From NCBI GenBank assembly GCA_002269645.1, contig NIVC01000067.1:434001-498000 (forward strand): 64,000 nucleotides of DNA, read 5' to 3'. The stretch comes from Macrostomum lignano. Its lineage: Eukaryota. This document shows positions 25,917 to 37,481 of the stretch, piece after piece (within the stretch, counting starts at the first letter, position 1; each line of letters starts with the position of its first letter). The position numbers were made by a program, and so were the translations under genes. The notes beneath the pieces are model-generated. The model was not told the DNA's origin. It worked only from the letters and a program-made list of their open reading frames with translations, and did not search any database.

Positions 25917-26583
25917 CAGCTGAAGCATCGGGAAGGGCCAGCTGAAGCATCAGGAAGGGAGCCAGCTGAAGCATCAGGAAGGGAGCCAGCTGAAGCATCA
26001 GGAAGAGCCAGCTGAAGCATCAGGAAGAGCCAGCTGAAGCATCAGGAAGGGAGCCAGCTGAAGCATCAGGAAGGGAGCCAGCTGAAGCATCAGGAAGAGC
26101 CAGCTGAAGCATCAGGAAGAGCCAGCTGAAGCATCAGGAAGAGCCAGCTGAAGCAGCAGGAAGAGCCAGCTGAAGCATCAGGAAGGGAGCCAGCTGAAGC
26201 ATCAGGAAGAGCCAGCTGAAGCATCAGGAAGAGCCAGCTGAAGCATCAGGAAGGGAGCCAGCTGAAGCATCAGGAAGAGCCAGCTGAAGCGTCAGGAAGA
26301 GCCAGCTGAAGCATCAGGAAGGGCCAGCTGAAGCATCAGGAAGAGCCAGCTGAAGCATCAGGAAGAGCCAGCTGAAGCAGCAGGAAGAGCCAGCTGAAGC
26401 ATCAGGAAGGGAGCCAGCTGAAGCATCAGGAAGAGCCAGCTGAAGCATCAGGAAGAGCCAGCTGAAGCATCAGGAAGGGAGCCAGCTGAAGCATCAGGAA
26501 GAGCCAGCTGAAGCATCAGGAAGAGCCAGCTGAAGCATCAGGAAGAGCCAGCTGAAGCATCAGGAAGGGAGCCAGCTGAAGCG
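25917..26583. repeat. 22/24-bp minisatellite (gagccagctgaagcatcaggaa[gg])
   Basis: About 29 copies in two length variants. Confidence 0.95.
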
Positions 26584-27316
26584 TCTGCAGGGCTACCCGG
26601 GCTACGTTGTGGTCAGACGGACAAACAGACGCACCGGATCCTGGCTAGTGGTCTGGGTTTTCATTTTCATCGCGCACAGGTCTGTTTGCCCAGACACCGG
26701 GTTTTTAGGCATTGCCCCGCTCCCGTGGCGATTCAGGGATGTTTAAAATCTGACTGCGTCTTCCCACGTTTAGGCCTTGCCCCCATCCCCATGGTAAGGG
26801 ATGAGCCCAGAAAAGGGTCTGCGAATGCCAGCACTGCGTCAATATCCGTGTGATGGATTTGCAGGCGGTGGAAATGATTGTAAAAAAGCGGTTTGGCTAC
26901 ATCCAGGTGCTAGGTTGACGGCGGGTTGGGCGAAAATTCGAGCGCATAGCGGATAAAAAGGAATCTCGTTGCATGATAGCGAGCTACATTGACAAAGTCT
27001 ATCACGTGATCAAGCTGTTCGTTACAAGAGTGTTCGCGCAAAATTAGCCTATTTTAGTCTTTCTGTAAAATTTCTCAACTGATAGGCGATTTTATGGCTT
27101 CCCAACGCAGACTTCGCACAAGTTTTTATGAAGTTTAAAAAGTTTTTGCATCGACATTAGCAGAATTTTTCCTGAACTATAAATAAATCGCTTTATAAAT
27201 CGCTTCGAAATAAATATTTCGAAAATATAGAAGAAACAGAAATTCTGACCCTCTAAAAGGTGGCCAGGTGTGCAACGAAGAGAGCATCAGAGGGCTGTTA
27301 TTTTTAATTAACAGTA

Positions 27317-27670
27317 GGGGGCCATGTGCACCCTGGCGCACTTTAAGCGACATTGTCACACAGCCGGCGAGAGGCATTACTGCCCATTCCGCCGACTCCC
27401 CTGAGCAGGCACACAAGCGCGCGGATACGTACGGTCATCGCACAGGCACACACTCACACAGGAGTGCACAGCGGTCCTAATTTTATTTATCGTTAGGCAT
27501 GTACACTTCACTGTGCCTTGGGGGTTGGCCTTCAAGCTGGGCGTTAATTGCACGAGCAGAGCCAAGCCGAGATTCCAATTTAGCCCCAAATCAATGTTGA
27601 CTGCACTTGGAATCGAGTCTGGGCCGCTGGCACACCAGAGCGCCGCACCAGACCACTGGGCGACGGCCCC
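27317..27670 (-). mobile_element. tRNA-derived SINE, copy 2
   Basis: Colinear with 13005-13363; A/B-box-like head at the 27670 end. Confidence 0.8.
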
Positions 27671-27947
27671 AGCAGAAGGCTATAGTTTGTGCAGCTCAGA
27701 GGTTGCAATGCATTCAAAACAGGGTGACCAGCAGCTCCGCTAAAGTTGCCGCCAGCTCACGGTGACTCTTCTGAGGAGTGACGCAAACAGCTTAATCAGT
27801 TGCTTGCTAACCGCAGGCAACACTGCTTAACTTGCGGCGAGCGAAAAACCATTGACCCGGTTGGGTGAGAAAATGTATCTGTCAAATCAGTTAAAAGCCG
27901 CAAATAAAAAACACATTTACTGCCCATATCTGTTAATAATAAGGCAG

Positions 27948-28096
27948 TCACAGAGAAACGCTGACTTCTGCAGCTCCCCCAGCTGTCAGCGAGTTGCTGA
28001 CGTCAGCAATTTGATCCGGGCAGGTGCGCAATTGGCGAAGCTCTCCGCTTTGAACCTCAACTGCTCGGCGATGCTGCAGGAGCTGTCGCTGTCTGA

Positions 28097-28146
<50 letters not shown>

Positions 28147-29306
28147 GTTGTCGCTGAAACCGCCGGCCGATGGTGACGCCGCCGGCAGCGCAGCAGGCGC
28201 AGGAAGGCGCGCCGGAAGTCTCGCATCGAGTGAGCGTAGATCACCGGGTTTACGGCGCTGTTGCAGTAGCCCAGCCAGGTCACCACGGCCAGAAGAGATT
28301 TCTCATGCGGGCCGAGGCTCAGGCTGAGCGCCAGCAGCGAGCTGCAGACGAAGAACGGCAGCCAGCAGGCGATGAAGACGCCCATCACAATGCCCAGAGT
28401 CTTGGCGGCGCGTCGTTCGCGGGAGAATCTGGCGAACTGCTTGCGCCGGGTTGCCGAGCCGCCACCGCCGCCGCCGCGGTGATGTTCAACCGCTCCGGCA
28501 TCGTCTGCAGCGTCGTCGGCGACCTCCTCAGCCAATCCGCGACCGCCGCCGCCCCGGTGAATTCGAAGCACAACGGTTGCTTGCTCGCCGTGTCCGCGCA
28601 GGACTTTGGCGCCGTCGCGCCAGCTGCGGACCAGACGCGCGGCGGTACGGTAGATTTTGTAATAGACAAACACCATGACTAACAGCGGCGCATAGAAAGA
28701 CACCAGGGAGGAGCAGATGAGGTAGGCCGGGTCGCTGGTGAAGCTGCACACGCCGGGCAAGCGGCTGGTCGGGCTGGTGACTCGCCACCAAGCGATGGCG
28801 GGGAAGCTGATGAGGCTGGAGCAAAGCCACACGGCTGCGATCATTGCCACGCAGCGGCGCTTGGTAACGCGGCTGGGATAGCGCATCGGGTTGCGCACGG
28901 CCCAGTAGCGCTCCAGCGCGATCATGCACAGGTTGAGGATGCTGGCCGTAGAGCTCAGCACGTCGAATGCGTGCCAAAGATCGCACCAGGTCGGTCCGAA
29001 CAGCCAGCGCTCGCGGGTGGCCTGGGCGATGGCCGCGAATGGCATCACGACTGCGCCCATGAGCAGGTCGGCGGTTGCTAGGGAAACTATTAAGTAGTTA
29101 GTAACGGTCCTGAGACAGGGCTCGCTGAGCACTGCCAGCATCACTAGGCCGTTGCCTAGCACTGTGCCGCAGGCTAGCAGTGCGAGCAGGCAGCCAATCA
29201 GGGCGTCCTCCGGCTGAACTTCTAGCAGTCCGTAAGCGGCGCTGCTGGCGTTTTCAACTCCGACGCTTGAGTTCATGCGAGCCTCCTGTATCGCTTGGCT
29301 CATCAT
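27948..29306 (-). CDS. Class A biogenic amine GPCR, D1-like/Dop1R2-type dopamine receptor
   Basis: GNGLV, SLATADLLMG, CDLWHAFDVLSSTASILNLCMIALERYWAV (TM3 Asp), TM5 serines ICSSLVSFY, FIACWLPFF, NSAVNPVIY. No introns are needed. The start Met is uncertain (29306 or 29276). Confidence 0.88.
28098..28145 (-). repeat. (CAG)16 encoding poly-Q in the receptor C-tail
   Basis: Perfect (ctg)16 on the plus strand, in frame in the GPCR ORF. Confidence 0.9.
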
Positions 29307-29969
29307 AACTTGAAGCTTTTCAGTTTTTGTATCGTCCTTGTAAGAATATTTTCTGGCCCAGAAGCGAGGCCCAAATGTTATAGTGACGGAGAAAGCGCTC
29401 TCAGCCAATCAGGATCTGCCTGCTGGGGGATTTCTGTCCCATTGTGGCTTCAGCTTGTTCTTTGCTGCAGATTTTTGAAGTTCCTTTTCTACCAAGTTGG
29501 GTTTGATTTTTTGGTAAATATTTTGTTAATTCTGGGAATCAGAAATGTTCAGGGAATGGGACGGACGCGGGGTTGTCTGTGTAGAAATTGCCATGTTTAG
29601 AATCTGGACAAATAAACAGGCACGAAATGCACTGTGGCCAGCGATAGACCAGAGCCAGAGGGGATAAATTGGAGGGCAGTGACTGCAGGAATTTGTTTAA
29701 ATGGTCCATCTTAAATCGTACCGCAACAGGTTACTAATCCATCTCACTAGAGCCCTTTGCCTCAAGCATCAATGAGCGATTCGATTAGAAAGCACATGGA
29801 AACTTGTTCGCTCGTTAATTGGGGATTACGCTCAAGATGTGCTAAGAAAAAATGATCATCTCAGTCCAGTCGTTCATTTCTTTATTTCTCTTGTCTACAA
29901 AAAAAGGTAGAAAAGGTACACTGAGTCTGTGGCAAAGTGCCACTGGACTGATCTGAGGTTGCTTGGGGG

Positions 29970-32050
29970 TGTAGGATTGCGTGGGCACGTTGATTATTGC
30001 TTAAGTAGCTCGTATTTACACTTCATTGATTGCTCATCCTCGCGTGTACGTGTGTCGTGTACTAACGTACGTCGTGCTTATTAAATATATATGCGCGTGC
30101 GCTAACTAGCAGCCGCTCAAGTTTTCTCGAAAGTTCTAACTTACTTAACCAGTGGAGTCCGTGTGAGTTATTACAGTGGCGACGAGGATGGGATCTTAAT
30201 GGCTTCTAGATTCGACGTTTTTGACGTCGCCGTTGAATCCTGGCCTGAGTATCAGGAACGCCTTGAGCAGCATTTCCTAGCCAACGACGTAGAAGATGAC
30301 ACCAAGAAGCGAGCTCTACTGCTTAGCGTATGTGGCTGTGAGACACTCAAAGCAGCCAGGAACCTGTGCTCGCCAGACAAGCTCACAGACAAGTCCTATG
30401 CGCAGATCTGCGAGCTCCTAAAGAAACATTTCAACCCGAAGCAGTCAGAAATCGTGCAGCGCTTCATGTTCCACAACCGCGTTCGTCAGTCGAACGAGTC
30501 CGTGTCTGCGTACATAGCGGAGCTCAGGAAGCTGTCCGAGCACTGCAACTTCGGCACCGTGCTGGACGACATGCTGCGTGATCGCCTCGTCTGTGGCATA
30601 AACGACAAGCAGATTCAGCGCCAGCTTCTATCTCAGGCATCTCTGATGCTGCAGTCCGCCACAGACATTGCACTCACTAACGAGTCGGCCGCGGGCTTCT
30701 GTAAGGTTCTCTGCACGACTGGAGAGACGAATAGACGGCCGGATGATGCTGTGCTGAAGCTGAAACAATCTGATAGCGACCGGAAGCCGTGCAGCAGGTG
30801 CCTGTCATCTCGACACCTTCCTAGCCAATGTCCGTTTCTAAACAGGCGCTGCTTCAACTGCCACAAGACTGGGCACGCATCCAAGGCATGCAAGCAACCG
30901 CGTCAGCCGCGTCAGCCGCGTCAGCAGCAGCATCAGCAAACTCACCAGGTCGAGGAAGGAAGCGATCAAGAGTCGTCCGGAACCGCCTACTCTCTCTATC
31001 ACATCGGCAATGCGAAGAAGCCAAGTAAAGTCCCGCCCTACACGACTCGTCTGCTGATCGACGGGAAGGACTGCGAGATGGAAATCGACACCGGCGCCTC
31101 CGTGTCACTGGTCTCCGAGCAGACGTACCGCCAGAAGCTTTTGAGCGAACCTCAGCTGGAATCAACCGACATCCGTTTCAACACGTATTCAGGCCAGGCC
31201 GTCGAGATTCTTGGCAGATTGATTGTCCATGTCAAAGTAGCGGCACAGGACAGTCACTTGAAGCTGCCACTGCTAGTTGTGGCGGGCAGCGGACCGAATC
31301 TCCTCGGCAGGGACTGGCTGCACAGCCTGCGCCTGGACTGGCGGTCAGTTCAACGACTTTCCTCAACGGCTTCCGACATCGAACAAGTGCAGCGCAAGTT
31401 CCCCGAGGTGTTCAAGGAACTGGGGACATTCAACGGCGCCCCTCTATCCATTGCCATCAAGGAAGGAGCGCGTCCTCGGTTTTTTAAGGCCCGCTCCGTG
31501 CCCTTCGCACTGAAAGAGAAGGTGGAGCAACAGCTACGCAAGGAGATCAGCCAGGGGATTCTGCAACCGGTAAAGTCGTCCAACTGGGCATCGCCGATCG
31601 TCCCTGTGATGAAGTCTGACGGCGGGCTCCGGGTGTGCGCCGACTTCAAGCAGACCGTGAACGCCGCTGTAGAACCGGACGGCTACCCGCTGCCGAACAT
31701 TGACGAGCTCTTCTCACGACTGTCAGGCGGGAAGAAGTTCTTGAAGATTGATCTCAGCCAGGCGTTTCAACAGCTTCCGTTGGACGAGGCCGCACAAAAG
31801 TTGTGCACTATCAACACCTCACTGGGGCTGCTGCGCTACACAAGACTGCCTTTTGGGGTTTCAACGGCTCCCAGCATGTTCCAGCGCGTCATGGACGGTC
31901 TATTCGTTGGCATCGAGCACTGCGCAGCCTTCATTGACGACGTCATCGTTACTGGTCAAGACGAAGCGAGTCATTTAAGGAACCTGCGGAAAGTCCTGAC
32001 TGCGTTTAAGGACGCGGGACTCACTTGCAGCGCGAAGAATTGCAGCTTTA
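29970..32050 (+). mobile_element. 3'-truncated Gypsy (Mag-like) LTR retrotransposon
   Basis: Putative LTR TGTAG(29970)...TTACA(30175); PBS at 30177-30194; single gag-pol ORF; homology ends after FIDDVIVTG...LTCSAKNCSF; no 3' LTR seen. Confidence 0.85.
30177..30194 (+). promoter_or_regulatory. Primer binding site complementary to the tRNA-Ser(GCU) 3' end
   Basis: TGGCGACGAGGATGGGAT lies 1 nt after the LTR-terminal CA and is the reverse complement of AUCCCAUCCUCGUCGCCA. Confidence 0.8.
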
Positions 32051-32142
32051 TCGGAAGCAGCTGGGAGAAAATGAAGCAATCATCCGACACCAATGGACAA
32101 CGAGAAAAAAATATGATAATAAATAACACAGCTCCATTTTGA
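30199..32142 (+). CDS. Gag-protease-partial RT polyprotein
   Basis: ESWPEYQERLEQHF, LRDRLVCG, knuckles CSRCLSSRHLPSQC and CFNCHKTGHASKAC, protease EIDTGASVS, RT WASPIVPV, LRVCADFK, RLPFG, FIDD. The last ~30 aa read into flanking DNA. Confidence 0.88.
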   Translation: MASRFDVFDVAVESWPEYQERLEQHFLANDVEDDTKKRALLLSVCGCETLKAARNLCSPDKLTDKSYAQICELLKKHFNPKQSEIVQRFMFHNRVRQSNESVSAYIAELRKLSEHCNFGTVLDDMLRDRLVCGINDKQIQRQLLSQASLMLQSATDIALTNESAAGFCKVLCTTGETNRRPDDAVLKLKQSDSDRKPCSRCLSSRHLPSQCPFLNRRCFNCHKTGHASKACKQPRQPRQPRQQQHQQTHQVEEGSDQESSGTAYSLYHIGNAKKPSKVPPYTTRLLIDGKDCEMEIDTGASVSLVSEQTYRQKLLSEPQLESTDIRFNTYSGQAVEILGRLIVHVKVAAQDSHLKLPLLVVAGSGPNLLGRDWLHSLRLDWRSVQRLSSTASDIEQVQRKFPEVFKELGTFNGAPLSIAIKEGARPRFFKARSVPFALKEKVEQQLRKEISQGILQPVKSSNWASPIVPVMKSDGGLRVCADFKQTVNAAVEPDGYPLPNIDELFSRLSGGKKFLKIDLSQAFQQLPLDEAAQKLCTINTSLGLLRYTRLPFGVSTAPSMFQRVMDGLFVGIEHCAAFIDDVIVTGQDEASHLRNLRKVLTAFKDAGLTCSAKNCSFIGSSWEKMKQSSDTNGQREKNMIINNTAPF

Positions 32143-34039
32143 CCTCTGAGTTCCCTTGGTGCAGCGGGTTCGACTTCATGTGATTTTGGGGAGAATCCCG
32201 CTGCTGTCAAGCCCTGCATGTGCCAATGCAGTCGGTCGTTCGCGTCCCCAGAGAATTGAACAGCCAATCATCGGGGTGAAATCTTGCTTATACCAGTTTC
32301 ACTGCGTTCTATTCCGGCATAGCAGCTGCTTCAACCAAGAAATTATGGGCCAAGATCGAGAGCTTGTTTGCATAAATTAATAAATGCTGGATGAGTTCTA
32401 AAACTCGGCTTGACCGCCATGAACTTAAGCTGCATTACGAGGTAGAGAATCTGTGAAATTGATTGCGAATTGATGGATAACGCTTGTTTAATTTATCCAC
32501 TATAAGTGGGTGCACAGCTAGATAAAAAGTACCTTAATAGTGACTTAGTGTCGTATTGCAGACTTTTCACTAAACGCTTTTTTCTTTGTTTCATGGATTT
32601 GATCATCCTTGGATATTATTTTTAGACCATCACTTTCTTGATGCCAGTTGCTCATCAATTTATTAATACGCTGCGCGCTTATAATGGGGCCAAAGTAAAC
32701 TATGCGTACAATAAAAGAATCGCTATAGATACAAGTTAAATGCCAAGCGTGAGAAAAGACACACCGGATATGAGATCTTTATGGGTTTAGGACAGGAAAT
32801 GAAACAACTTGTTTGAGCGAGCAGCTTGCATGCCCACACGCTACTGTAGAGAAGTTGTGTAGCATATGGCTTTGTCAGAAAAAACTTGTCCAAATTCGTG
32901 TCCGCACCCATTTTTGTCATTACTATTAGCAGTGGAAATGCTCTCAGATATATGCTCGTCGAATGGGCTGTCGTCGCGTCGAGTCTCTTAATCACGGACG
33001 TCTTCGCCCGCTTGCGTCGATGACTAAAACTTGACTCAGGATCAAAGAGAGGGTGCAAATACATGAGTGCTTTTGTTTTCCAACCGAAAAAATGGTGCAA
33101 TATTGTAGAAAGCATTTTTTATTCCGTAAGTACAAGTTGTAAATTTTCACTAGTGGCATTAGCTTGTTCTTGTGATTGTTCCGTTCTTTTTTGAATCAAG
33201 TTTCGGCACGTGCTGCCCCCCCCCCCCTAATTTTTCGTATCATCCCTTCATTCCCTGTGATTCATGCACCCCCGTGATGACTCCTTGAATTGGAATGAGT
33301 CATCATGATGACTCATGGTTATCGCCCACCCCACCCCTTGCGCACCAACTCCAACTCCTTTCTATATTGTTCGAAATCATTCATGCGTGAGACAGTTTTA
33401 TGACCCCCCTATCTCCCCAAGCTTTTTCCTGCCTGTTGCGTAATCCCCATCATAATGATGAGGACGCATCTTTTTGCAATCTTAAAACCGCACATTTCGC
33501 TTCGATGCGCTTTTCCCCTACTGTCAGTAGGCTAGCTTAGGAATCTCTCTCCATTCTCTCATCCAGGCTAAGTTCTACACTAATTTATGCCATCACTATT
33601 AATTATGATAAATACTCAATGTACTTCTCTTAGGATTCTAATTTTGGATTGTTTACGCATCTTTGAAGGTCAGACTGTCTGGGTTTGAGACGGATTGACC
33701 TCTAGCAGTCTAGACGGGCGACACTAAGTCTGGGAGGAATGGTTTCAACCCCATTCTGACCCCCAGATTAGTGGCTTTCTCACTGTTCTCAGTGATTTAT
33801 GGCGGTCTAGCTGTTAATTTTGGCTCCAGCCTGTCTGGGTCAAAGAGGTCTTTCCAGCTTTCTCCCCACTCGCTCTGTTACTTTCTCTTTTAATTTATGG
33901 GTGTTTTGCTGTCACTTTTGGCGCCAGGATGTCTAGACAAGTGACTTTTATTATGTTTTGCGCATGATTTATGACTGCACCTGTCATCTTCCCTGGGGTC
34001 TGAAGGCCACCTGGTGGGGTGGGTTTTGGGGTCTTGAGC

Positions 34040-34180
34040 TCAGCCAATCAGAGTCGACCTGACTGCCCCCGGCTCGACCAATCAGAAAATTCGGCGCCTA
34101 TATTAACAAAAGCTCTCAGCCAATCAGAAAATTCGGCGCGCGTTATAACAAATCGGCCGCATCAGAGCTATAAAAGGCGG
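34040..34180 (+). promoter_or_regulatory. Pol II promoter-like module: three CCAAT boxes and a TATA box
   Basis: CCAATCAG at 34044, 34077 and 34120; 20-bp direct repeat ccaatcagaaaattcggcgc; TATAAAAGG at 34169. Confidence 0.5.
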
Positions 34181-36464
34181 CAACTCGACCCGCGCTTGAA
34201 AAGGCCTGCTTGGACCTCCCTTCTTGCACGGTCCTAACCCCGTCTTAGACGGCCCCTTTGGCACCTGCTGCGTCTTCGACGTCTGGTCCCCCTTCCCCGG
34301 CAGTTCCGGCTTCAGCAGCTAAGTTCGCCCTGAGAAGCATCATCGCCCTGAGAAGCTTTTGTGTGCCAAGCTCGAGGCAGAAGTTTCATTTAATACTAAA
34401 AGTAGCCATTCGCTCTGACTCAATCTAAGGCGTTTAGGATTGCGGATTAAGTGAGAAAGTTGAATCTGGAAGTTAAAGGCTTCATTTTTTCTTTCTTTTT
34501 CGCAATGCCAGCTGAGATGAGTGGCTAGATCTAGGGGGCAGAGGTCACAGTGGACCGGAAGCGGCGCAGTTCCCAGTCAATCAGTCGTTCTCAGAAATCT
34601 TGTTAAGCATTTGCATTAAGTGCCAGACTGGCGCTTTCGCGCGGTCTCAGGCAGCTAAGCGGCTAAAACGAGATAAATATTAGTCAGAAGGTCTCCAAAA
34701 GTAACAATACATCTACATCATCGCTATCTGTCGACGTGTTAACAGATTTAGTGCCAAAAGCGTGCAGTTGCGTGTACTTATACATGTACTTCTTGGAATT
34801 TGGTAAAGAAATAGTACAGTTAGTAGTGTATAGAGGCTCGCCAGCGCAAGAACCCCCTGCAGTAGTCCTCTCTGTCCCTGCATGGCCAATGCGATCTTAG
34901 TCCCAGCAGCGTCCCTTCTATTCGGCTATGACTTCGAGATTTAGACAGCTAAAAGACACTAGATGGCAGGTAAATGCAGTGCCCCTCTAGCCGGAAGTCC
35001 GATTTCGATAGCTCCGGTATGGTGAGCCGGGGCGCACGGACTGGTGGCAGCGGGTTAGTTAATCTGCGGATTAGCTAATCTCTACCTTTCAAATTCTCCC
35101 TGCTTGTCTCTCGCTGTCTTCTCTTAGCTATAGGACCTTGCTGCTCGCCCACAGTCTAGCTACCATGGGGCTGACCATCTGACAGGAGTGAGAGGCCAGA
35201 GTTCTAAGTGATTCATTTCTGAGTTCTGAGGCCCGAAGCTATAGGCTTAAAAAGGCCGAACTCATCAATAAATCATTTTTCTCCGCTGCGCCCACCCCAA
35301 TTGCTCGTCCAATCACAGCGCGGCTGACGGGTGACGTCATCGGGGTTGCAATTGATAACGGAGGTCAGGGACAAGGTACTGCCTTCAATATCACGCATCT
35401 ATCACTCTCACATATCTGATCTCAGGCGTATAAATAAGAGACTGTTTTGAGCCCTGAGCGGCTACCGTTTATGTGTAGTTCCTATACGTACATGTATACA
35501 GTACGCATCATTAGTACTACTTTTTGTTTTGGCTAAGGACCACTGCCTGCCACGACGCATAATTAAACTGGACTTAAACTCAAAGATCGTTTAATTTTTA
35601 GGGGGCCAACTTCCTCAAAAATACATCGCGGATCGATAGGACAAAATCACTATTTTTGATAACACAACTCAATTGTATTTGATATGGGGAAGTGAAGATT
35701 ACCATTCTTTAATTTAACACGCAAAACATGTTGCTCTCTGTTGTATTCTGTATAGTTGTTTCGTGAAAGTTTCATTTTCATTTTTTTATTTCATGAGTCC
35801 AAGCCAAAGTTGTAAATATTCACATGTGAATTTTTTAATCAAGTACGTTTACAGTCACATGTATATTTGTAAAAAAAGTTGCACACAGGAAATTGGCTTC
35901 CAAAAATGCATGACCTATTGAGTTTTACGTCCTGTTATACTACAGTGGTCCTTACATAAAAGTGACGATGCCCCGGATCATCCACGACTCGAGCGTATTC
36001 GTTAATTATTAAGTTTTCCAGGGCACCATGACCTAGCCGGAACTAGGTCCCGGCCGCGCTTCAGCCGTTATTGTAATTGCTCTTACGCCTGTAAAATTCT
36101 TTATAAAGGAAACTAAGGGTATTTAGGGAGAGTAGTAATTGCCTTACGCGTAATTTATATTAATTGCAATATTCAGGTTTTCAGATTTTAATTAATAGAT
36201 TTACAGTTAAAATGTTACGTTTTGTAACTAAAAGCTTATAAACAGCTAAAATATATATTATAACAAGCTATACAGGTCATTTTGACTAAATGTACTGAAA
36301 ATGTTATTACCCAAAATTGTTAAAACACGGTATTTTTTAATAGTCAACTTTCTTCGAATCATTCTAAAACTTGCAGATTTACCTTGAACGGCGACACACC
36401 CAACACATTATAATTAAGAAAAACTGAACCGATAATCGCTGGATCAAACCAAACCGAAATTTCA

Positions 36465-36713
36465 ATGGCACCGAACTGGAAGCTGGAAGTAGGCCGCATG
36501 TTTTGGTATGTTGCGTTTCCAATGATTTGTTTTGGCTTTGCTGCTGAACCTTACTTTGGAAACAAGATTCGAAACTATTGGAAACGAGAGTATGCCGCCT
36601 CCATCGGATACAACATACAATCGAAAGACATCACCGATGAAGAATTTCAAAACATTTTGCAAAAACGACATGATGAAGTGACGTCTTTGCATAAAGAGCT
36701 TCATAAGAAGTAG
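36465..36713 (+). CDS. PET100: PET100 homolog, cytochrome c oxidase assembly factor (82 aa)
   Basis: N-terminal WKLEVGRMFWYVAFPMICF...PYF matches the PET100 pattern (human MGVKLEIFRMIIYLTFPV); one TM segment, a charged helical tail, and the expected size. Confidence 0.85.
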   Translation: MAPNWKLEVGRMFWYVAFPMICFGFAAEPYFGNKIRNYWKREYAASIGYNIQSKDITDEEFQNILQKRHDEVTSLHKELHKK

Positions 36714-37006
36714 GCCCTGTCTTAAATTCATAAACCATGAGATTTAACTAGACTAGCCTAATCATGAGGCCTAGTGTTATTAACTATAACTGTAATCTGC
36801 AACACTGTCTACTGGTAAGGACTTAGATTTTGTTTTAACCTTCAAGTCAATCAGTTAGTTGAATAGTTGGCCTGGACTTCTTCAAGTTTATGTTGATAAA
36901 ATAGTTTCAATTCGGATAGGATCATAATTTTGTCTCTATAAGGGTTTTTGATGGTGCTGATTTCAAATTTGAGCTCCATTTTTAGGTAGCTTTAACCCAA
37001 TTATAT

Positions 37007-37481
37007 GTAGCTTAAAACCAACCACCGGGGCATGGGGAATGGGGGGTTTTAGGGTGGGGAGATTCTTCATGGGGATTGATTTTATCAACATAAACTTGAA
37101 TAGAGGCATAGAGACCTATTCAAGATTGTGCTGATAAATTCCAATTCTAATAGGGGGAGGGGGGGTTGTAGCTTAAAACCAACCACCGGGCATGGGGAAT
37201 GGGGGGTTTTAGAGTGGGGAGATTCTTCATGGGGATTGATTTTATCAACATAAACTTGAATAGAGGCATAGAGACCTATTCAAGATTGTGCTGATAAATT
37301 CCAATTCTAATAGGGGGGGGGGTTGTAGCTTAAAACCAACCACCGGCGCATGGGGAATGGGGGGTTTTAGGGTGGGGAGATTCTTCATGGGGATTGATTT
37401 TATCAACATAAACTTGAATAGAGGCATAGAGACCTATTCAAGATTGTGTTGATAAATTCCAATTCTAATAGGGGAGGGGTT
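37007..37481. repeat. Three tandem copies of a ~160-bp G-tract-rich unit
   Basis: Units start at 37007, 37168 and 37325 (gtagcttaaaaccaaccaccg...). Confidence 0.92.

Noticed and set aside
32723-33115. 130-aa ORF
   Set aside because: No motif or splice support.
35300-35345. CCAAT plus a TGACGTCA (CRE) site
   Set aside because: Short motifs with no linked gene start; could be chance.
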